Positions 56,757 to 64,000 of a stretch of DNA of 64,000 nucleotides are shown in pieces. The first letter of the stretch is position 1, and every line of letters begins with the position of its first letter. The notes beneath the pieces were generated by a model that saw nothing but the letters and a program-made list of their open reading frames with translations, did not search any database and was not told the origin of the DNA. Made by a program: the position numbers and the translations under genes. This stretch comes from Escherichia coli 042 (GTDB taxonomy: Bacteria > Pseudomonadota > Gammaproteobacteria > Enterobacterales > Enterobacteriaceae): assembly GCF_000027125.1 (NCBI RefSeq), contig NC_017626.1; one strand, 5' to 3'.

Positions 56757-57521
56757 ATGGAAAATATAATGAACAATCCGGTTATCGGTGTCGTAATGTG
56801 CAGGAACAGGCTTAAGGGTCATGCGACCCAGACTCTGCAAGAAAAGTACCTGAATGCCATCATCCACGCAGGCGGCTTGCCAATTGCGCTGCCACATGCG
56901 CTGGCGGAACCGTCATTACTTGAACAACTTTTGCCGAAACTCGATGGCATTTATCTTCCTGGTAGTCCCAGCAATGTGCAGCCGCACCTATATGGTGAAA
57001 ACGGCGATGAGCCTGACGCCGATCCCGGGCGTGATCTTCTGAGCATGGCGTTAATTAATGCCGCACTCGAAAGGCGCATCCCCATTTTCGCCATCTGCCG
57101 GGGTTTACAGGAACTGGTGGTGGCAACCGGTGGTTCGTTGCATCGCAAGCTGTGCGAACAGCCTGAATTGCTGGAACATCGGGAAGATCCCGAACTGCCG
57201 GTGGAGCAGCAATATGCGCCGTCGCATGAAGTTCAGGTTGACGAGGGGGGATTACTGTCTGCGTTGTTACCTGAATGTAGCAACTTTTGGGTAAACTCTC
57301 TGCATGGACAAGGGGCGAAGGTCGTTAGCCCACGGTTGCGTGTTGAAGCTCGCTCGCCGGATGGCTTAGTTGAGGCGGTTAGCGTCATCAATCATCCTTT
57401 TGCGCTGGGCGTACAGTGGCACCCGGAATGGAACAGTAGCGAGTACGCGCTTTCGCGTATATTGTTCGAGGGCTTTATCACCGCTTGTCAGCACCATATC
57501 GCTGAAAAACAGCGACTCTGA
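56757..57521 (+). CDS. puuD: Gamma-glutamyl-GABA hydrolase
   Basis: 254 aa from MENIMNNPVIGVVMC; class I glutamine amidotransferase-like. Confidence 0.94.
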   Translation: MENIMNNPVIGVVMCRNRLKGHATQTLQEKYLNAIIHAGGLPIALPHALAEPSLLEQLLPKLDGIYLPGSPSNVQPHLYGENGDEPDADPGRDLLSMALINAALERRIPIFAICRGLQELVVATGGSLHRKLCEQPELLEHREDPELPVEQQYAPSHEVQVDEGGLLSALLPECSNFWVNSLHGQGAKVVSPRLRVEARSPDGLVEAVSVINHPFALGVQWHPEWNSSEYALSRILFEGFITACQHHIAEKQRL

Positions 57522-57547
57522 CCACTACAGTTTAAGGAAATGCAAAT

Positions 57548-58105
57548 ATGAGTGATGAGGGACTGGCGCCAGGAAAACGCTTGTCGGAAATCCGCCAGCA
57601 GCAGGGGCTTTCACAACGTCGTGCCGCCGAACTCTCCGGGCTGACTCACAGTGCTATCAGTACGATAGAACAAGATAAAGTCAGCCCTGCCATCAGTACG
57701 CTGCAAAAGCTGCTGAAGGTGTATGGTCTGTCACTCTCGGAATTCTTTTCCGAGCCGGAAAAACCTGATGAGCCGCAGGTCGTCATTAATCAGGACGACT
57801 TAATTGAGATGGGCAGTCAGGGTGTGTCAATGAAGCTGGTTCATAACGGTAACCCGAATCGCACGCTGGCGATGATCTTTGAAACGTACCAGCCGGGCAC
57901 AACCACTGGGGAAAGAATTAAGCATCAGGGTGAGGAAATAGGCACTGTACTGGAAGGTGAAATTGTTCTGACGATTAATGGTCAGGATTACCACCTCGTC
58001 GCGGGGCAAAGTTATGCCATTAATACCGGCATCCCGCACAGTTTCAGTAATACGTCGGCAGGTATTTGCCGAATTATCAGCGCCCATACGCCCACCACGT
58101 TTTAA
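57548..58105 (+). CDS. puuR: Puu operon repressor (HTH-XRE plus cupin)
   Basis: 185 aa. Confidence 0.94.
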   Translation: MSDEGLAPGKRLSEIRQQQGLSQRRAAELSGLTHSAISTIEQDKVSPAISTLQKLLKVYGLSLSEFFSEPEKPDEPQVVINQDDLIEMGSQGVSMKLVHNGNPNRTLAMIFETYQPGTTTGERIKHQGEEIGTVLEGEIVLTINGQDYHLVAGQSYAINTGIPHSFSNTSAGICRIISAHTPTTF

Positions 58106-58254
58106 TCTTTTTGTTCTGTAAGCCGGGTAAGCGCAATGCGCCCGGCAATCTATAAAGAATGTCGCCAGAAATAAACGGGCATACGGCCCGGGGATCTCTG
58201 CGCCCTGACGTTCACAAACTGCATATATCTGATAGACGTGAAACAGGAGTCATA

Positions 58255-59742
58255 ATGAATTTTCATCATCTGGCTTACTGGCAGGATAAAGCGTTAAGTC
58301 TCGCCATTGAAACCCGCTTATTTATTAACGGTGAATATACTGCTGCGGCGGAAAATGAAACTTTTGAAACCGTTGATCCGGTCACCCAGGCACCGCTGGC
58401 GAAAATTGCCCGCGGCAAGAGCGTCGATATCGACCGTGCAGTGAGCGCAGCACGCGGCGTATTTGAACGCGGCGACTGGTCACTCTCTTCTCCGGCTAAA
58501 CGTAAAGCGGTACTGAATAAACTCGCCGATTTAATGGAAGCCAACGCCGAAGAGTTGGCACTGCTGGAAACGCTCGACACCGGCAAACCGATTCGTCACA
58601 GTCTGCGTGATGATATTCCCGGCGCGGCGCGCGCCATTCGCTGGTACGCCGAAGCGATCGACAAAGTGTATGGCGAAGTGGCGACCACCAGTAGCCATGA
58701 GCTGGCGATGATCGTGCGTGAACCGGTCGGCGTGATTGCCGCCATCGTGCCGTGGAACTTCCCGCTGCTGCTGACTTGCTGGAAACTCGGCCCGGCGCTG
58801 GCGGCGGGAAACAGCGTGATTCTAAAACCGTCTGAAAAATCACCGCTTAGTGCGATTCGTCTCGCGGGGCTGGCGAAAGAAGCAGGTCTGCCGGATGGCG
58901 TGTTGAACGTGGTGACGGGTTTTGGTCATGAAGCGGGGCAGGCGCTGTCGCGTCATAACGATATCGATGCCATCGCCTTTACCGGTTCGACCCGTACCGG
59001 GAAACAGCTGCTGAAAGATGCAGGCGACAGCAACATGAAACGCGTCTGGCTGGAAGCGGGCGGCAAAAGCGCCAACATCGTTTTCGCCGACTGTCCGGAT
59101 TTACAACAGGCAGCAAGCGCCACCGCAGCAGGCATCTTCTACAACCAGGGGCAGGTGTGTATCGCCGGAACGCGCCTGTTGCTGGAAGAGAGCATCGCCG
59201 ATGAATTCTTAGACCTGTTAAAACAGCAGGCGCAAAACTGGCAGCCGGGCCATCCACTTGATCCCGCAACCACCATGGGCACCTTAATCGACTGCGCCCA
59301 CGCCGACTCGGTCCATAGCTTTATTCGGGAAGGCGAAAGCAAAGGGCAACTGCTGCTGGATGGCCGTAACGCCGAGCTGGCTGCCGCCATCGGCCCGACC
59401 ATCTTTGTGGAGGTAGATCCGAATGCGTCCTTAAGCCGCGAAGAGATTTTCGGTCCGGTGCTGGTGGTCACGCGTTTCACATCAGAAGAACAGGCGCTAC
59501 AGCTTGCCAACGACAGCCAGTACGGACTTGGCGCGGCGGTATGGACGCGCGACCTCTCCCGCGCGCACCGCATGAGTCGCCGCCTGAAAGCCGGCTCCGT
59601 CTTCGTCAATAACTACAACGACGGCGATATGACCGTGCCGTTTGGCGGCTATAAGCAGAGCGGCAACGGGCGCGACAAATCCCTGCATGCCCTTGAAAAA
59701 TTCACCGAACTGAAAACCATCTGGATAAGCCTGGAGGCCTGA
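58255..59742 (+). CDS. puuC: Gamma-glutamyl-gamma-aminobutyraldehyde dehydrogenase
   Basis: 495 aa from MNFHHLAYWQDKALS; aldehyde dehydrogenase family. Confidence 0.94.
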   Translation: MNFHHLAYWQDKALSLAIETRLFINGEYTAAAENETFETVDPVTQAPLAKIARGKSVDIDRAVSAARGVFERGDWSLSSPAKRKAVLNKLADLMEANAEELALLETLDTGKPIRHSLRDDIPGAARAIRWYAEAIDKVYGEVATTSSHELAMIVREPVGVIAAIVPWNFPLLLTCWKLGPALAAGNSVILKPSEKSPLSAIRLAGLAKEAGLPDGVLNVVTGFGHEAGQALSRHNDIDAIAFTGSTRTGKQLLKDAGDSNMKRVWLEAGGKSANIVFADCPDLQQAASATAAGIFYNQGQVCIAGTRLLLEESIADEFLDLLKQQAQNWQPGHPLDPATTMGTLIDCAHADSVHSFIREGESKGQLLLDGRNAELAAAIGPTIFVEVDPNASLSREEIFGPVLVVTRFTSEEQALQLANDSQYGLGAAVWTRDLSRAHRMSRRLKAGSVFVNNYNDGDMTVPFGGYKQSGNGRDKSLHALEKFTELKTIWISLEA

Positions 59743-59743
59743 A

Positions 59744-61024
59744 ATGACCGAACATACCAGCAGTTACTACGCCGCCAGTGCGAATAAATACGCGCCATTC
59801 GACACGCTGAATGAGTCGATTTCCTGCGACGTTTGCGTGGTCGGTGGCGGCTATACCGGGCTGTCTTCCGCGCTGCATCTGGCGGAAGCGGGCTTTGACG
59901 TGGTGGTTCTTGAAGCCTCACGCATCGGCTTCGGCGCAAGCGGACGCAACGGCGGGCAGCTTGTGAACTCCTACAGCCGCGACATCGACGTCATTGAAAA
60001 AAGCTACGGCATGGACACCGCCCGTATGCTCGGCAGCATGATGTTCGAAGGTGGCGAGATCATCCGCGAACGTATCAAACGTTATCAGATTGACTGCGAC
60101 TACCGCCCCGGCGGCCTGTTTGTGGCGATGAATGATAAACAGCTCGCGACTCTGGAAGAGCAGAAAGAGAACTGGGAACGCTACGGCAATAAACAGCTGG
60201 AATTGCTGGACGCCAACGCCATTCGCCGCGAGGTCGCCAGCGATCGCTACACTGGTGCGCTGCTGGATCACAGCGGTGGGCATATTCACCCGCTAAACCT
60301 CGCCATTGGTGAAGCCGATGCCATCCGCCTGAACGGCGGGCGCGTGTATGAGCTTTCCGCCGTGACGCAGATCCAGCACACCACGCCAGCCGTGGTGCGG
60401 ACTGCCAATGGTCAGGTGACGGCGAAGTATGTGATTGTCGCCGGGAATGCGTATCTGGGCGATAAAGTAGAGCCGGAACTAGCGAAACGCAGCATGCCGT
60501 GCGGCACGCAGGTGATCACCACCGAACGGCTGTCGGAAGATTTAGCCCGTTCGCTGATCCCGAAAAACTACTGCGTTGAAGACTGTAACTATCTGCTTGA
60601 TTACTACCGTCTTACCGCCGATAACCGCCTGCTGTACGGCGGCGGCGTGGTCTACGGCGCGCGCGACCCGGATGACGTTGAGCGCCTTGTGGTGCCGAAA
60701 CTGCTGAAAACCTTCCCGCAGCTGAAGGGCGTGAAAATTGATTACCGCTGGACGGGCAACTTCCTGCTGACCTTGTCGCGCATGCCGCAGTTCGGTCGCC
60801 TTGATACCAACATCTATTACATGCAGGGTTACAGCGGCCACGGCGTCACCTGTACCCATCTTGCCGGGCGTTTGATTGCCGAACTGCTGCGCGGCGACGC
60901 CGAACGTTTCGATGCCTTCGCCAATCTGCCGCATTACCCGTTCCCCGGCGGGCGCACGCTGCGCGTGCCATTTACCGCGATGGGCGCGGCTTATTACAGC
61001 CTGCGCGATCGTCTGGGCGTTTAA
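59744..61024 (+). CDS. puuB: Gamma-glutamylputrescine oxidase (FAD)
   Basis: 426 aa; FAD motif VVGGGYTG. Confidence 0.95.
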   Translation: MTEHTSSYYAASANKYAPFDTLNESISCDVCVVGGGYTGLSSALHLAEAGFDVVVLEASRIGFGASGRNGGQLVNSYSRDIDVIEKSYGMDTARMLGSMMFEGGEIIRERIKRYQIDCDYRPGGLFVAMNDKQLATLEEQKENWERYGNKQLELLDANAIRREVASDRYTGALLDHSGGHIHPLNLAIGEADAIRLNGGRVYELSAVTQIQHTTPAVVRTANGQVTAKYVIVAGNAYLGDKVEPELAKRSMPCGTQVITTERLSEDLARSLIPKNYCVEDCNYLLDYYRLTADNRLLYGGGVVYGARDPDDVERLVVPKLLKTFPQLKGVKIDYRWTGNFLLTLSRMPQFGRLDTNIYYMQGYSGHGVTCTHLAGRLIAELLRGDAERFDAFANLPHYPFPGGRTLRVPFTAMGAAYYSLRDRLGV

Positions 61025-61061
61025 TTTCCGATTAACAGTGAAGAGTCAAAAGGTGTGAAAC

Positions 61062-62327
61062 ATGAGCAACAATGAATTCCATCAGCGTCGTCTTTCTGCT
61101 ACCCCACGCGGGGTTGGCGTGATGTGTAACTTCTTCGCCCAGTCGGCAGAAAACGCTACGCTGAAGGACGTAGAGGGCAACGAATACATCGATTTCGCCG
61201 CAGGCATTGCGGTGCTGAATACCGGGCATCGCCACCCTGATCTGGTCGCGGCGGTGGAGCAGCAATTGCAACAGTTTACCCACACGGCGTATCAGATTGT
61301 GCCGTACGAAAGCTACGTCACCCTGGCGGAGAAAATTAACGCCCTTGCCCCGGTGAGCGGGCAGGCTAAAACTGCGTTCTTCACCACCGGTGCGGAAGCG
61401 GTTGAGAACGCGGTGAAAATCGCCCGCGCCCATACCGGACGCCCTGGCGTGATTGCGTTTAGCGGCGGCTTCCACGGTCGTACATATATGACCATGGCGC
61501 TGACCGGAAAGGTCGCGCCATACAAAATCGGCTTCGGCCCGTTCCCCGGTTCGGTATATCACGTACCTTATCCGTCAGATTTACATGGCGTTTCAACGCA
61601 GGACTCTCTCGACGCCATCGAACGCTTGTTTAAATCGGACATTGAAGCGAAGCAGGTGGCGGCGATTATTTTCGAACCGGTGCAGGGCGAAGGCGGTTTC
61701 AACGTTGCACCAAAAGAGCTGGTTGCCGCCATTCGCCGCCTGTGCGACGAGCACGGCATTGTGATGATTGCCGATGAAGTGCAAAGCGGCTTTGCGCGTA
61801 CCGGTAAACTGTTTGCCATGGATCACTACGCCGATAAGCCGGACTTAATGACGATGGCGAAAAGCCTCGCAGGCGGCATGCCGCTTTCGGGCGTGGTCGG
61901 TAACGCGAATATTATGGACGCGCCCGCGCCGGGCGGGTTGGGTGGTACTTACGCCGGGAACCCGCTGGCGGTGGCTGCCGCGCACGCTGTGCTCAACATT
62001 ATCGACAAAGAATCACTCTGTGAACGCGCGAATCAACTGGGCCAGCGCCTGACAAACACGTTGATTGATGCCAAAGAAAGCGTTCCGGCCATCGCGGCGG
62101 TACGCGGTCTGGGGTCTATGATTGCGGCAGAGTTTAACGATCCGCAAACGGGCGAGCCGTCAGCGGCGATTGCACAGAAAATCCAGCAACGCGCGCTGGC
62201 GCAGGGGCTGCTTCTGCTGACCTGTGGCGCATACGGCAACGTGATTCGTTTCCTGTATCCGCTGACCATCCCGGATGCGCAATTCGATGCGGCAATGAAA
62301 ATTTTGCAGGATGCGCTGAACGATTAA
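61062..62327 (+). CDS. puuE: 4-aminobutyrate aminotransferase
   Basis: 421 aa; class III PLP aminotransferase. Confidence 0.95.
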   Translation: MSNNEFHQRRLSATPRGVGVMCNFFAQSAENATLKDVEGNEYIDFAAGIAVLNTGHRHPDLVAAVEQQLQQFTHTAYQIVPYESYVTLAEKINALAPVSGQAKTAFFTTGAEAVENAVKIARAHTGRPGVIAFSGGFHGRTYMTMALTGKVAPYKIGFGPFPGSVYHVPYPSDLHGVSTQDSLDAIERLFKSDIEAKQVAAIIFEPVQGEGGFNVAPKELVAAIRRLCDEHGIVMIADEVQSGFARTGKLFAMDHYADKPDLMTMAKSLAGGMPLSGVVGNANIMDAPAPGGLGGTYAGNPLAVAAAHAVLNIIDKESLCERANQLGQRLTNTLIDAKESVPAIAAVRGLGSMIAAEFNDPQTGEPSAAIAQKIQQRALAQGLLLLTCGAYGNVIRFLYPLTIPDAQFDAAMKILQDALND

Positions 62328-62446
62328 TAGCCCAACGCAATAATGTCTGATGCGCTGCGCTTATCAGGCCTGCAAACGACGTATTGATTATGTATGCCGG
62401 ACAAAGCATTCACGCCGCATCCGGCAAGTTGTATTGCCCAACTTCG

Positions 62447-63424
62447 CTAAATCTGGTGCTTTTTCAACAACGCGCGGAACTGATGATAGGTTAACCCCAG
62501 TAATTCAGCCGCGCGCTTCTGGTTATATTTCCCTTGTTGCAAACTGAGTTGCAGCAACTCTTTTTCCTGCTGCATCTGAAACTCACGTAAATCCAGCGGC
62601 AGTGTTGGAAGCGAGGTGGTTTCTGAAACGGCGATAGCGTCTTCAGGCGGACGCCGTTTAAAGGGATCAATAATAATGTCATCAAGCGGATAATCGCTGG
62701 TGCCGTGGCGATATACTGAACGTTCCACCACGTTTTTCAATTCACGAATATTTCCCGGCCAGCGATAATTCAGCAATGTTTCTCTGGCGCGCTCCGTAAA
62801 CCCCGGGAACAGAGGCAGCTTGATTTCCCGACACATCTGAATGGCAAAGTGTTCTGCCATCAGCATAATGTCGCTTTCGCGCTCGCGCAGGGGCGGCAGT
62901 TGCACTACATCGAAAGCCAGCCGGTCGAGCAGGTCAGCGCGAAAATTACCTTCATTGACCATCGCCGGGAGATCGGCATTCGTCGCGCATACCAACCGCA
63001 CATTCACCTGCAATGGCTGGCTGCCGCCAACGCGCTCCAGTTCACCGTACTCAATCACACGCAATAATTTCTCCTGCACCATCATCGGTGCCGTAGCGAG
63101 TTCATCAAGAAATAGCGTACCGCCGTCGGCACGTTCAAATCTCCCTGGATGACGTTTTTGCGCACCGGTAAACGCGCCCGCTTCGTGACCAAACAGTTCG
63201 GAATCCAGCAGATTTTCATTTAACGCCGCGCAGTTAAGGGAAATAAACGGCCCCTGCCAACGGGAGGAGAGATAATGCAGACGGCTGGCAATCAGCTCTT
63301 TACCTGTGCCGCGCTCGCCGATGATGAGCACCGGTTTGTCCAGCGGTGCGAGATGCGAAACCTGTTCCAGCACTTCGAGAAAGCTGTTCGCCTCACCGAG
63401 TAAATTATCTTTGTATTCTGCCAT
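62447..63424 (-). CDS. pspF: Phage shock protein operon activator (sigma54 enhancer-binding protein)
   Basis: 325 aa; AAA+ GAFTGA motif; C-terminal HTH. Confidence 0.96.
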   Translation of the reverse strand: MAEYKDNLLGEANSFLEVLEQVSHLAPLDKPVLIIGERGTGKELIASRLHYLSSRWQGPFISLNCAALNENLLDSELFGHEAGAFTGAQKRHPGRFERADGGTLFLDELATAPMMVQEKLLRVIEYGELERVGGSQPLQVNVRLVCATNADLPAMVNEGNFRADLLDRLAFDVVQLPPLRERESDIMLMAEHFAIQMCREIKLPLFPGFTERARETLLNYRWPGNIRELKNVVERSVYRHGTSDYPLDDIIIDPFKRRPPEDAIAVSETTSLPTLPLDLREFQMQQEKELLQLSLQQGKYNQKRAAELLGLTYHQFRALLKKHQI

Positions 63425-63518
63425 GATGAAATTCGCTACTTGTTAGTGTAATTCGCTAACTCATCCTGGCATGTTGCTGTTGATTCTTCAATCAGATCTT
63501 TATAAATCAAAAAGATAA

Positions 63519-64000
<482 letters not shown>

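Overview
The first ~10.1 kb is the right-hand (tail-fibre) end of a lambda-like prophage inserted into ompW; the remaining ~54 kb is a conserved E. coli K-12-type chromosomal block. Gene identities come from reading the supplied ORF translations and from recalled family knowledge; no database search or alignment was run, and boundaries are approximate where noted. Prophage part: tail assembly fragment, a lipoprotein gene wedged before J, J, lom, stf, tfa, then an AT-rich reverse-strand class I SAM-methyltransferase-like gene bracketed by direct repeats of the tfa 3-prime end, a truncated second tfa, an AT/A-tract-rich spacer, and a 3-prime ompW remnant. Core part, in order: yciEFG, trpABCDE with trpL/attenuator/operator, trpH-yciO-yciQ, rluB, cobA(btuR), yciK, sohB, yciN, topA, cysB, ymiA-yciX, acnA, ribA, pgpB, lapA-lapB, pyrF, yciH, osmB, yciT, yciZ, pdeR, rnb, yciW, fabI, ycjD, sapFDCBA, ymjA, puuP-puuA / puuDRCBE, pspF / pspA (3-prime truncated by the window). 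The best candidates for something undescribed are the two single-gene prophage cargo loci (the lipoprotein before J, and the tfa-flanked methyltransferase); neither is demonstrably a multi-gene system. No CRISPR array, tRNA, rRNA, integrase or transposase was seen.
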